A stretch of 64,000 nucleotides of DNA from Eukaryota sp. TZLM1-RC (GCA_040285825.1 JAUPSS010000001.1:1984001-2048000), one strand, 5' to 3'; counted from the stretch's first letter, positions 12,901 through 23,734 are shown. Notes: generated by a model not told the origin, from the sequence alone. Made by a program: numbers and translations.

Positions 12901-14113
12901 GGGGTCTTCTAACTCTAACGTCTTCGTTGTAGAAGTTGATTTCCATGGGAGGGCAATCAATACCTTCAGCATGAGGCTTGAGGGTAAATACGTCTTCGAA
13001 CTCCTTCAAAGTTTGAAGTAGGGACTTCTTGAAATGGTCGTTGTCGAGGTTGATGGTACAACCAGATGAGTTGATGTGTTCCAACCAACGTGTGGAAACG
13101 TTGACGACTTCCGAAGCTTGTGATATTCGATGATCGAATTCAGCTTCAGGTAATAGTAATGTGCGACAGGCGTCGTCCATTCTAATATAAATGCCCTTGT
13201 TGTTCATCAGCCCAAGGTGACTCAACAAGTCAGCACCAATGAGAATGGTCTCATGTCCAGGAACGATGCTGAACTTGTGTTTCACGTGTACAATCTGGGT
13301 AACACTACCTAGTCTAATGCTAAGGGTTCCAGAAGCAGTACCAAGGGACTGTGAGGTAGTTCCATCAGCAATCTTGTATGAAATGGTTTCGTTGGAACGT
13401 GCCATGTTACAATTACTGATGGCGTCTTCCGTGACTACTGAGCATGTTGCACCGGAGTCAATTATGCCTTTAACTTCGACATTGTTGATCAAGAAGTTTA
13501 ATTGTAGGCAGTTGTGATTCATGGATTGTACCATAAAAATTGTATCAGAATCATGTCCATTTAAGTCGGCTTGTTCTGAGAAGAAGTTGGCCTGACTGTT
13601 GAGTATCTTGGTAGGTTCCAAGTTGGCAAATGGATTGATTAGAGAATCTTTCCATGCTGAACTTTCTGTATGTGGTTGTGTTGTTGTTGTAGGGGGTATG
13701 GTTTCTAAAGTACATAAATAGTGACGGGAACGTTTATTGTAAGAAGAGCCTCTGCCTCTGCCGCGAGTACCTCTTCGACTACGGAAACCAGAACCTCTAG
13801 AACTTCTACCTCGAGCTTGTTGTTGAGCTTGTTGCTCTCTCCATTTCTTGCTCCTTTGGCAGTCTTCACTGGGGCACCTTTCGGTCGGATGGCCCTTTTG
13901 CTTACAGAAGTTGCATTGGACATCAGTGGCCTGGGAAGACGATTGTGGTAGGCTTCCTCCTCTCTTACTTTGTTTTGGGCGTTTACCTGGACCAGAACCT
14001 CGTGGTGTGGGGATGTCAGGTGGGGAGGGAACGACCATGGGAGGTCGGCGAGAGGCCTGCTGGTGAGTTAATTGGTTCTGATAGGTGAAATCGACATGGT
14101 TCAGTTGTTCCAT
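9902..14113 (-). CDS. Gag zinc knuckle + Pol (protease, RT, RNase H, integrase, chromodomain-like), split into ORFs 11783-14113, 10533-11789 and 9902-10585
   Basis: CNFCKQKGHPTERC; DSGA; LDLPKAFWQ, FGLKN, YIDD; CDAS, TDHQNL; H..H/CxxC, SDNG, GLVER; YLGPF; IIEKVL..QVQW. Breaks are single extra bases in short runs. Confidence 0.92.
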
Positions 14114-14159
14114 GAACGATCTGGCGTTACAGAAATTCTCGTATTCAATTTGAAGAACA

Positions 14160-17042
14160 CTAAAGAATTCGCCAAGGGTGTGCCCATCGCATGAGTAGTG
14201 GGAGGGAGGGAGAGGACCAGATCCTGAGGAGTCTGTCTCTGATAGGGATAATTCCTACACTTTCTAGGACATGAGTAGCAACTACCCAGTCTGGAAGTCT
14301 ATCAGCTGGAGGAGTGGAGCTTATGGAGAATGTTCTCAATTGATGAGAGATGCCCCTAAATTCTTGGATGGCGGTGGAGCGAGTCAGAACTCTGCCTATG
14401 TTGACCATGAAGTCAATCCATCTATTGCCATAATCTCTTTCCGACCAGTCCATGTTGGTTGCGAGGAGAGCTCGATTAGCCTCATCCAGTCTGCTGAATT
14501 GGGTTCTTCTTAGAATTTGAGCCCAAATGATGCGTTCATCTCTTGAGGTAGGGACCGTGGGAGAAGAGATAGCTAGGTGAGCACCTTGGTATCGTAGCGC
14601 ATTTAGCACCTCGGGGGTGACACATTCAGCGAGGGCTCGGGGGTTGATCCTCATGGCTTGACGGAACAAGTCCCATTCGTGAACTGGTTCTCCAGTGATG
14701 TTACCAAAATACTCGTCGATCGGTGGTTGGGAACCTTCTCTAGCTAGTTCTAATTCTTCACGTAGTCTGGCAACTTCGTTAGCTAGAGCTATCTGGACTG
14801 GATCCTCAACGTTACCTCTCGTTTCTCTTAGGACTCGGTCGGTACGACTCCAGAGAATGAATTTGTTGACAAACTTTAGGAGTTTATCAGCGTCTCTCAA
14901 ATCAGAAGCTTCAAGATATGGACGTTTAGGACGGTCCCTACGTCTGTCATCTCGATCTCTTGATCCAATCATTGAAGAGAGGAGAAGGCTACTATCGTAT
15001 GTGCCTGAGAAGGGTGAATGATGTGAGGAAATGGAGGACGTTGAACCTGTCGTGGAAGGTGTAGGTAGGGGTTGAGGAGCTCGACTAACGGGAGTGATGG
15101 GAGCAGGTACTGCATCAGAAGATGTGATGGGGGTGGGTGATTCACTGCTCACAGTGACAACGTCGTCGTCAGCTTGTTCCATAGCAGATCGGTTGGGGTT
15201 AGAGGTTTCCGTGATAGGAAATGGATCAGTTTCCATGGGAGGTTGTGGTGATTCGGGAGGTTGAGCGGAGGAAGATGGAGCTTCACTCTGTTGAGGTTCA
15301 GGGGAAGGTACTGTCTCTTCAATCTGGGCTGGAACCTGATAAGAAGAGATCGCTGGTTGAACCAAGCGTGTTTTCTCTATACGGCCTTCTACCATTACCC
15401 ACTTTAACATCCTGGATTCTATGCATCCAGGGAAAACGGTGACGAGCTGGAGGGCTCTTTGAAGATTACCTGATCTTCTGTGGTCAGGACCACAATATGA
15501 AGCTATATGGTCAGGACGTCTGTCGTAAAGAAAGAGTCTTTCACCATATGTGGTTTCGGTAAACCACCACCCTGTTCTATAATCTCTGTCGATAAGGATA
15601 TCGAGAGATGCGTTATACCCAGGGCTGAACCTAGGGTATGGGCAAGGGTTGTGAACGTTTATGAAGAGGTTGTCTTCATCTCCAGCGAAGCGTCTGAATA
15701 CTCCTTCTCGAGTAGTTCTCATGAACCTAACTCCTGGTCTTGGTTCATAAGTTGGTTCAGGGTCATTCCTGGAGGTTTCTGGGGTGATCCTTTCATCGGA
15801 AAGAAATGGACCAATTCTGGGAGAGATCCATATTCCTAAGTCGTTCTCGACTTTGGGGCCGTAGAAAGGAGGACGCTTGTTGCTCATCTCCGTGGGAGGG
15901 ATGGCCTCTGGGTCCTCTGGAATGACTCGTGTGTCCCTATATCTAGCGTAAGGGTTGTGCTGGCGGGAAGCACCATGATGAACACTTGAGCTAGCGTAGG
16001 AGCTAGTTTGAGAAGGGGTAAGTTGAGCAGGTGTAGAGGATGTTCCTCTTCTAGCCTGTAACTCTCTTTCCAGTCTGTTCTTGAGTTTCCAGATTCGATC
16101 TTCATGGAAGTAACGTTCTAAATATTCTTTAGAAACCTCACCAGTTTCTCTATCAATTTCAGGAACATGTTCCGTGGGAGGAACCGGAGGTTGAGCTGTG
16201 TGAGAAAATTCCCTGGGAGGTTCCTCATAGTCAACCAGATCTGAAAATAATAGTTCATACCTCTTCCTTTGCTCTTCGGAAAGATGCGAAGGAAAATTTG
16301 GTGTGCTAGGAGTGGAATCTCTAGCCTGGGGAGGGGAAACAGACAGATTGTTAACTCCTCTTACTGTTGATGTAGTAAGAGGAGATCCTGAAGTTGGGAC
16401 AGCAGGATTTTGAATAGTTCTCCTAACAGTTGGAACTGCAGGGAGAAGCTGTTGAGAGTGAGAGGGTGGAACCTCAGAACTAGATGGAAGGGATGAAGAT
16501 GGTACTTCAATGGCCTTCTTAGAGGAGGAAGAGGGTTGGTCTTCCAATCCTTCTTTTGCAGTGAGAGAAGGTTGAACAGTCTCTCTGCTCTGAGTAGAAG
16601 GTGAAGGTGATACTTCAGAACTTCTTCCAGGGAGGGGAGAAGGTGGGACTTCAGATGCCCCCAATTGCGAAGGGGGAAGAGGAGCAACGGAATCCTCTAC
16701 GTCCTCGTCGTCGTAGGAGACCAACGAAGGACTTCTTCCTTCCGAAGGAACGGAATCCTTGGGAGGGTTGTCTCCTTCGGCAGGAACAGAATCCTGAGGA
16801 GGGGAGCTTCCTTCCATGGGAACGGAATCCTCTGGAAGGGAATTGTCTTCCTTTGGGGTGGAACCCTCAGGGAGAGTTGCTTCAGGAAGCGCAGAAGCTT
16901 CAACCGAAGAAGGAGGCACGGAAGCAGGGTCTGTGGTTAGTGGTGAGGAAGAGGGACCAGTCTCTTCCTCAAGGATCCTACGTTGAGCCGGGGACGACCC
17001 AATACGTATTGATGGTCTTGGCTGTTGGTTATTGTCTGACAT
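14160..17042 (-). CDS. Gag-side ORF with long Pro/Ser-rich N-terminal extension
   Basis: 960-aa ORF starting inside the 5' LTR; overlaps the open frame that leads into 14113. Confidence 0.8.
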   Translation of the reverse strand: MSDNNQQPRPSIRIGSSPAQRRILEEETGPSSSPLTTDPASVPPSSVEASALPEATLPEGSTPKEDNSLPEDSVPMEGSSPPQDSVPAEGDNPPKDSVPSEGRSPSLVSYDDEDVEDSVAPLPPSQLGASEVPPSPLPGRSSEVSPSPSTQSRETVQPSLTAKEGLEDQPSSSSKKAIEVPSSSLPSSSEVPPSHSQQLLPAVPTVRRTIQNPAVPTSGSPLTTSTVRGVNNLSVSPPQARDSTPSTPNFPSHLSEEQRKRYELLFSDLVDYEEPPREFSHTAQPPVPPTEHVPEIDRETGEVSKEYLERYFHEDRIWKLKNRLERELQARRGTSSTPAQLTPSQTSSYASSSVHHGASRQHNPYARYRDTRVIPEDPEAIPPTEMSNKRPPFYGPKVENDLGIWISPRIGPFLSDERITPETSRNDPEPTYEPRPGVRFMRTTREGVFRRFAGDEDNLFINVHNPCPYPRFSPGYNASLDILIDRDYRTGWWFTETTYGERLFLYDRRPDHIASYCGPDHRRSGNLQRALQLVTVFPGCIESRMLKWVMVEGRIEKTRLVQPAISSYQVPAQIEETVPSPEPQQSEAPSSSAQPPESPQPPMETDPFPITETSNPNRSAMEQADDDVVTVSSESPTPITSSDAVPAPITPVSRAPQPLPTPSTTGSTSSISSHHSPFSGTYDSSLLLSSMIGSRDRDDRRRDRPKRPYLEASDLRDADKLLKFVNKFILWSRTDRVLRETRGNVEDPVQIALANEVARLREELELAREGSQPPIDEYFGNITGEPVHEWDLFRQAMRINPRALAECVTPEVLNALRYQGAHLAISSPTVPTSRDERIIWAQILRRTQFSRLDEANRALLATNMDWSERDYGNRWIDFMVNIGRVLTRSTAIQEFRGISHQLRTFSISSTPPADRLPDWVVATHVLESVGIIPIRDRLLRIWSSPSLPLLMRWAHPWRIL

Positions 17043-17163
17043 ACAATGTAGAGTAACAGAAGTGTAATTTATTACGAAGAGGAATTGTATTCACTCTTCT
17101 TAAGCTAACAGGCGGAATACTAATAACTAAACTATTAACTATAAATACTATTCAAGACTAACA
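17010..17163 (-). repeat. 5' LTR (154 bp)
   Basis: Identical to 9754-9907; contains AATAAA and the first ATG (17042). Confidence 0.95.
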
Positions 17164-17825
17164 CTTACAGTTAATTTTTTTGGCTGATTTGGGGTGTGAA
17201 GCTTTAGAATTTTAATTATGGTGTTTAGTTTCCTTTTGGAATATGTCAAATTGCCCAAAAATTGGTAATAAACAGGAAAACTTTCCAAAGTTTGGTTCTG
17301 TTATTGGTATTTACAAGTATATTGTCTCAAATTATTGCTCCTTTTAACAAAGCCTTTGTGAATACGCTTAGAATTTCCATCTTCCACTAGATAATTATTA
17401 TCTTCCAAGTTTTCATTTGTTTCAATTAAAAGTTGTCAATGTGTTACAAACATTGTGCATCCGTATTTGGGAACTTACTATTACTATTAATTTATGGTTC
17501 TGCACTTCTTGGTTATACAAGTATACAATACCTTAAACGTGATTTAATGTTTAACTCGAAACAAAGGCATAAAGACAAAAACAATGGTTTTCAACATTGC
17601 ATTAAATAAGTAAATTGGAAATGTATTAAAATTTTGTAATTTTTATTAATATATTTTCATATCAATTGGTAAATGAAACACCAACAATACTGATGAAGCT
17701 CGTAGTTCAAAATATTAAAAACAAAAACATCACAAAATATTTATTTGCTTCAAAAAGTAATGTATACAAAAAAAATCTTTGTTTTTCATAAAAAGAACAA
17801 AATATTCATTTTAAAATCCAAATTT

Positions 17826-19364
17826 TCACAGAAAGGGTCCTAAATTAAATCCCTTGGGAAACCCCCTTCCTGAAACGGAAGGTGAACTTCCAAGTAGATT
17901 TTCCCCACTATCCCGACCTAGTTCCCGACCCAAAACGCCATTGTTACCCCCAACACTAGTTTCAGACTTGATACCCATTCGCTGCTTATACTTCCTTAAA
18001 CGCTCTTCATGGAAAGAATCTAATGGTCGAGTGAAAGAGACTGGGGTGTTCAGAGCGGGGAAATTACCTTCCATTATAAAAGGATGCATCAGGGCTTGTT
18101 GTACAGAAATTCTTTTGAGAGGATCAACTACAAGACATTCTTCTATAAATGAAATAAAAATGTTGCGCTCATTTTTCACAATACTGTCATCCTCTGAATT
18201 GGAGGGTAATGGGTAATTATGAATGATATCGGGTAAGTACCTAAACTTAAAGTACCTTTTGCTTTGTGGAACGGGGCATCTTTGCTCCGAGTAATAGTCT
18301 TGTTCTGATTTAAGCTGAAACGAAGAGGGATTTGGGACAGGTCTTTTGGCTTCATATTCATAAGTCAAACCTCGCCGAACTACTGATTTGTGTCGGATTC
18401 CACCATGGCAAGCACCTTGGGAATGATCAAGATGAAAGAAATTTCGGGTGTTTTTTGCTTTAATCAACATGTAATCAGGAGGAATTCCAATCATTTCGAT
18501 TATTCTCGACAGTTGTGAATACTGCGAGACCCCCGGAAAAAGAGGCAAACCTAGAAATAGCTCAGCCGCTATGCATCCCAGAGACCAAATATCAATGCAG
18601 TTGTTGTAAGGCAGACCCAGAATAACTTCTGGTGCCCGGTAGAACCGAGATTGGATATATGAATAAGCAGTTTCGTCCTCGTAACAACTAGATCCAAAGT
18701 CAATAACTTTAACGGAAGGAGTAGTAGCGTCAACTAAAAGAATGTTTTCTGGTTTTAAATCACAATGGATAATATGACACTGGTCTAATATTGACATTGC
18801 AACAAGTATTTGGCGTAAGAGAACTCTTATAAACGATACAGAGAGGCCTCTAAACTGGTTTTGCTTAATTAATTCATACAGATTGACAGAAAGTAGCTCA
18901 AATGCAATACACAAATGATTCTTATGGACAAAGTACTCTGTCATTCTGATTAAATGGTGCTCATCATGAGGATCTTCTTCTAACAAATGTTGAAGTATAC
19001 GAACTTCCATTAGAGCTTGTTTGTAGTAGGCGTGTTTGTTCTTAATGATTTTAACAGCAAAGTGGCGCTTGTCTTGGAGCCTGAGACATTGGACGACCTG
19101 GCCAAAGGTCCCCTGGCCTAGCATTTGGATGACTTGGTAGGAGGAGGTAGAGGAAGCTCCAATGATGTCGTGCACGTGAATGATAAGATCAGAGTTGGCG
19201 TTGTCGTTGCCGTTGTTGGAGACAGGCTGGTTGGGCTTGGTGAGTACACGGCGAGGGTTGGCAGACGGGGAGTAGCTAAAGTTAGAGTTGCAGTTGCAAT
19301 AGCATTGATTGAGATTTAGGGTAAGGTGCTTGAGAGGCTGTGGTAAGACTAGTAGATGATTCAT
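17826..19364 (-). CDS. YAK1: Yak1/DYRK-family dual-specificity protein kinase
   Basis: RRVLTKP..NNGNDN, GQGTFGQV, HCDLKPEN, DFG, YSYIQSRFYRAPE, LFLGLPLFPG; first ATG at 19364 (start uncertain). Confidence 0.85.
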   Translation of the reverse strand: MNHLLVLPQPLKHLTLNLNQCYCNCNSNFSYSPSANPRRVLTKPNQPVSNNGNDNANSDLIIHVHDIIGASSTSSYQVIQMLGQGTFGQVVQCLRLQDKRHFAVKIIKNKHAYYKQALMEVRILQHLLEEDPHDEHHLIRMTEYFVHKNHLCIAFELLSVNLYELIKQNQFRGLSVSFIRVLLRQILVAMSILDQCHIIHCDLKPENILLVDATTPSVKVIDFGSSCYEDETAYSYIQSRFYRAPEVILGLPYNNCIDIWSLGCIAAELFLGLPLFPGVSQYSQLSRIIEMIGIPPDYMLIKAKNTRNFFHLDHSQGACHGGIRHKSVVRRGLTYEYEAKRPVPNPSSFQLKSEQDYYSEQRCPVPQSKRYFKFRYLPDIIHNYPLPSNSEDDSIVKNERNIFISFIEECLVVDPLKRISVQQALMHPFIMEGNFPALNTPVSFTRPLDSFHEERLRKYKQRMGIKSETSVGGNNGVLGRELGRDSGENLLGSSPSVSGRGFPKGFNLGPFL

Positions 19365-19927
19365 ACAGAAAGAGAAGGTCGCTGTATCAAGGTGTCGGGA
19401 ACTTTGTAGGAGCGGCGAAAACAAGTACGCCCACCATGATTGAACAGCATGGTTTATATGAAGAAGCACAATGTAGAGGGTATCAACTCGCTGTAAACAA
19501 GGGTATCAAAAAACTGTCAATTGGAAATCGTTAAATTTGGAATTGAAACAAAAAGATTGGAATTGCAAACAAAATAGGTTCTCGGATTAGCTTCTAGATT
19601 TAACTTAATTAACTCTAGACTTCTAGATTTGATTCTGGAATCAAACAGACTTAAAGTTGTATACTCCAAAAACTCATTATTGATCTGTAAACCTAAATAG
19701 AGTTTTCTAAGGCAAACTTGTGTAAGTACTTGCAGCACTAAAAGAATTGTTCTCCATCAGCCTTCTGCATGCACAACACACTAGGTAAAAATTGAATAGT
19801 TTATAATCAATTACAAAAAAAGGACGAAACATTTTGACAAATACTAAAAGCAATTCAAAAAAAGCCACAAAAACAAATTAAACTAAATAAATTAAATAAA
19901 CTAAAAACATCACAACAAAACAAAAAT

Positions 19928-20890
19928 CTACTTATCTTCAAGATCGTCAGCATCAATGACATTAACATTATCTTCAGCGGCATTATTAACCAAGCTTAAC
20001 AGATCCTTCTCAACAGCTTCTTCTTCCTCTTCTTCCTTGAATGAATCCATCACAAAAGTCACCCCACTTTCGAGGACATGGACACTTGGCTGGCGGGGAA
20101 GTTCCTGTTTGACGAGAGAAATGGCTTCATCAAGGGTTGACGGCAAGGAGGTGGTGGAGGAGAAGTAAGATAAAAGAGAGGAATGGTCAAACAAGCCATG
20201 ATTTTCAATAAGATTAAACAACACTAAAACATAGAGAAGAGACGATAGCTTGGAGAATGAATGATACGAAAGAAGAACACCTTTCAGAATAACGGGGGTA
20301 ACACTAATGGGAGAGGAAAGAAACGGATAAGAGTCATATGGTGAAGGAAGAAAGTCAATAGTGAGATCAGGGAAGATGAAGGTAAGGAGAACATGAGAAG
20401 GATCGACGGAGAGGGTCTGACATGATGTGATGAAGAAGGAGGATGTAGAAACGATTGAGTCTTTGTTGAATGTGGCAAGATACTCTGCCGCAGAGAGATA
20501 GCGGGCGAGGAGATGAACAAGATGGGGTTGTGCATGCGAAGGTACGTCTAGAGGGGACGTGGATTTGAAGAGTAAGAGAAATGTCAACCATTTTTCAGTG
20601 ATTTGAAACAACTGAGTAGCAGATTCTACAGAGTAAGATTGTGGTATATATGTACAGACTTCGGTTGATATATAGGAAAGGAGGGGATAAGCCGATAAAC
20701 CAATAGATGCAAGGGCAGCGCGATTGGCTGGTGAAAGTTCTAGTTCGACAACGTTTGTTTGAGTGGGATCGGATGTAAGGTATTTTAGTGGAATCTCTAT
20801 GGATGAAGGACTTTGTAAGGAAGTTATGTCCTGTAGCAGAGCTATCAGCCTTTCAGAAGATAAGTTTGGATTAAAGATCTCTGTGTTCAT
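19928..20890 (-). CDS. Hypothetical protein, 320 aa, acidic C-terminus
   Basis: Long ATG-initiated ORF with coding-like composition and an AT-rich 3' flank; no motif recognised. Confidence 0.7.
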   Translation of the reverse strand: MNTEIFNPNLSSERLIALLQDITSLQSPSSIEIPLKYLTSDPTQTNVVELELSPANRAALASIGLSAYPLLSYISTEVCTYIPQSYSVESATQLFQITEKWLTFLLLFKSTSPLDVPSHAQPHLVHLLARYLSAAEYLATFNKDSIVSTSSFFITSCQTLSVDPSHVLLTFIFPDLTIDFLPSPYDSYPFLSSPISVTPVILKGVLLSYHSFSKLSSLLYVLVLFNLIENHGLFDHSSLLSYFSSTTSLPSTLDEAISLVKQELPRQPSVHVLESGVTFVMDSFKEEEEEEAVEKDLLSLVNNAAEDNVNVIDADDLEDK

Positions 20891-21024
20891 TGTAACAGAT
20901 ATTGTCTATAACAATGAAATAAGTGTCCTTTTTACACCAATGTAGAGGGACTGAGTTTTTCAGAAGTGACAGCTTTATTTTTGAAGAAATATTTATTTAT
21001 CTAATCAGGAATAAAAAATCATGT

Positions 21025-21610
21025 TAACCACAACTAAAACTCCACATCCTCAAAATCTGCCTCCCATATGTCAAAAAAGTTGATTACTAAAGATTCAGAA
21101 AAATTTGCCAAAAGAAGAGAGTGAATCAGAAATTAATTTCACCATTCCCTTAAAAATAGAAAATACAAACTCTGTTTTGCCAGTAAACACGATTGAAAAT
21201 TCTTCCAGTTCTTTCCTTTACAACTACAACAAAATCCTCCAGGAAAGCCATAGCAGCCTTACTTAGAGATCCAAGCAAAGAAAAAACAAAGGGACATAAA
21301 TTATATTGGGCATGAGAATTTCCATTAATCGAGGAAATGGGTTTCGCATATTTAGCAATTTTATATTTTTCGCCTGCAAGAAGAGGATTATTTACATCCG
21401 AGTTAATGAGATGTTCGTTAGAGGAATTGATATCACTAGGCAAATTATCTAATTCTAATTGAAGTTATTTTAAGCAGAAATTTGATTCGAATTTGAATAG
21501 ATGAACATCATAAGAAAACATTTTGAAAAATTCAAAAATAAAATTTTAACCACCTCCAAAAATGCTGCTTTACACAAAATCGAAGATTTAGTGAAACCAA
21601 TTCCACCCAA
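21025..21610 (-). mobile_element. Family B non-LTR fragment with ~0.6-kb internal deletion
   Basis: Matches 4408-4800, joined directly to sequence matching ~3720-3798. Confidence 0.8.
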
Positions 21611-21624
21611 AAAGTCAAAGATTT

Positions 21625-22080
21625 TCTAAGACCCTTCAACCGTGCCTGTTTGTAGGTGTACTGGTCTATCTCCACCATTTACATGTGCTTCCATCACTGC
21701 CAACATATTCAGCGAAGCATTTCGATCTCTATTCCACAAACTTTTGCATCATTTACACATGGTAATCCTGTGACGAGTAGACATCTCATACCTCCTTCAT
21801 GGTCTTGGATTTCTGCACCATCGGAATGTTTCAACTGTTTTCTCCGCTTTTTTACAATTGAAACATCAACAACTGGTTCGAAACTCATCTTCTAAAAAGA
21901 CCTTATAACCAGCCTTATTAAATAAAATTCTCAACCCTTTTCCTTTCGTAGGTTCTTTGAATTTCTTGTGTTTTCGTTGTTCCCAGTCTCTGATTCCAAT
22001 AACTACTTGGCTGGGATCACCAATTACTGATTTGATTTCCTGGATCATCTTCGCCTCAGACCTTGTGCGATTGATCTCAA
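21625..22080 (-). pseudogene. Fanzor/TnpB-like nuclease C-terminal remnant
   Basis: INRTRSEAKM..IG.P..VIG..DW..EPTKGKG, DEFRTSC (RuvC-II), NPRP, CxxC, WNRDRNASLN (RuvC-III), terminal RP; contains in-frame stops. Confidence 0.8.
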
Positions 22081-22239
22081 CCCATCACTTTATTACAGCA
22101 TTAGAAAGTGTTTATTGTAGTAATAAGTTTTTTATAAGAATTTTTTATTTTATTTTGGAAATTCTAAACCCAACATTCTCTTCAAAATTTCGATTCCCTC
22201 AAATCTCACTTAGAGAGAGTTCCACCAAACCCATCTAGC

Positions 22240-22392
22240 GGCTTTGGTATGTGAATGATGGATTGTTTAGATGTTGATTCACAAGTTGAGCAATAAACAT
22301 ACTTTATTATAAGAATAAGAGAAGCAATGGCGAGAAAACATCCAGATCAGGATCTTGTTGAGGAAATCTTGGTTCATTAAATTGAGTTCATT
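22240..22392 (+). mobile_element. Family C-related non-LTR 3'-end fragment
   Basis: RIREAMAR...QDLVEEILV resembles the family C C-terminus. Confidence 0.65.
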
Positions 22393-22394
22393 TA

Positions 22395-22810
22395 AAATGG
22401 ATGAATGAATTTGAAGATGCGATTGGAGGTCCTGAAGATGACATTCTAGTGATGGGTGACTGGAAGCAAACCAATTTTAAACATCTGCCACCTACAACAA
22501 ATGTTTGAAAGATGTTTAAAAAACGTAACTTCCGTCTATTGCTGCTGGATGAATATAGAACAAGTTGTCGATGTCATGCATGTGTACTCGAGGGAAAAGA
22601 ACGTGAAAATGTAAAGAAGCATCGAGTACCTAATCCAAGACCTTACAGGAGAGCAAAGACTCCAACGGTCCTAAGACATGGATTACTCACTTGCAAGAAG
22701 TGTGGATGTCTATGGAATCATAATGTCAATGCTGTTCTTAATATGATTCATGTTGTGGATGAGTATATCAAAGGAATGAAAGACCTCAAGTTTTGAAAAG
22801 ATCAACTTGA
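22395..22810 (+). pseudogene. Second Fanzor/TnpB-like C-terminal remnant
   Basis: IGGP..ILVMGDW, DEYRTSCRC..C, NPRP, HGLLTCKKC..WN...NAVLN, frameshifted ERPQVLKR; one internal stop, and the RuvC-III Asp is lost. Confidence 0.8.
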
Positions 22811-22880
22811 TTCATTTCATCTTCATCTTCCAGTAATCTCAACGTGTTACTTCTATTTGACTTTTTTGTGCTGCTAGCCG

Positions 22881-23147
22881 ATGTCCAGTTCCAGCTCTCT
22901 TTCTCTCTCTAATCAGCATTATAAGGATATCCAGTGGCGTCTTGATGTGTGTCTTTCATCACGAACTCTACGTCAACAGTGCACTCCTCGTTTCACCCTT
23001 TCTCTTGCCACAGAAGACCAAAATACACATGAAATCAAGAATCACTTCATAGAATCAGACTACTCCACGTTGAAGAACGTCTTAACCAAGCTTGAAGCTG
23101 CTCTACATGCTTCTTCTACCTCAAGGGTGCAACGGATGATCAAATAA
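22881..23147 (+). CDS. COMMD2: COMM-domain protein, COMMD2-like (COMM domain only)
   Basis: YKDIQWRLDV.LSSRTLRQQ..P...L and D..TL....KLEAAL...RVQR.IK. Confidence 0.7.
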   Translation: MSSSSSLSLSNQHYKDIQWRLDVCLSSRTLRQQCTPRFTLSLATEDQNTHEIKNHFIESDYSTLKNVLTKLEAALHASSTSRVQRMIK

Positions 23148-23734
23148 GTTTCTTAGTGGTCTTTTGTTTATATAATAAAGTTGTTTTATTCTCTTCTTGC
23201 TTCTTGCTTTTTTATCACATCTCTCATTGTTTGTGATATCATCACTGTCCACTTCTGTGAATCAAACATCTAAATGTGTTGTTGGTCAAGTGACATAACG
23301 TTGCTAGTGTAAAATATACATTTATAATTGAATCTATATCGTGCCACCATAATTAATACCAATAATATAATATTTGTTTGATCAATTGATTCTAACTTGT
23401 ACCAGTCAAATTTTATTAATTATTTTTGTTATTCTCTGCAAATAATGATTATAGCAGAAAATCACTGAGGTTGACACACAACATTGAAAAGAATCCATGG
23501 ACGAGTATAACTGCACCAGGCCATGTTTGGTGAAAAATCAACAAAGATGGAACTACAGAGTAAACACTGTCCACTTATTGTGAAAGAGACCCTGGAGTGA
23601 GGGGGCACTTCATCTACATTGTCATAATCACATAAGCTCATGCTGATTGGCAAGATTTCTTGTTTGAATTTGTTGAAGAGAAAATCTTCTTCCAACTCTG
23701 ATTCCATTGTGATAGACTGTTATAATCTGCAAGA

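Larger units (their letters stand above)
9754..17163 (-). mobile_element. Full-length Ty3/gypsy LTR retrotransposon with chromodomain-like integrase tail
   Basis: Identical 154-bp TG...CA LTRs; 4-bp TSD CTTA (9750-9753, 17164-17167); domain order gag-PR-RT-RH-IN. Confidence 0.95.

Noticed and set aside
10533-14220. Programmed frameshifts in the gypsy ORFs
   Set aside because: The breaks are single extra bases in short runs inside conserved domains, and the first precedes the zinc knuckle. With identical LTRs, assembly error is more likely.
11814-17056. Plus-strand ORFs within the gypsy element, and short antisense ORFs over host genes
   Set aside because: Shadow frames of GC-richer coding sequence with no motifs.
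17108-17122. LTR segment AGTATTCCGCCTGT resembling tRNA-Asp
   Set aside because: Only about 8 contiguous bases match, and in the same sense, so it cannot serve as a primer site.
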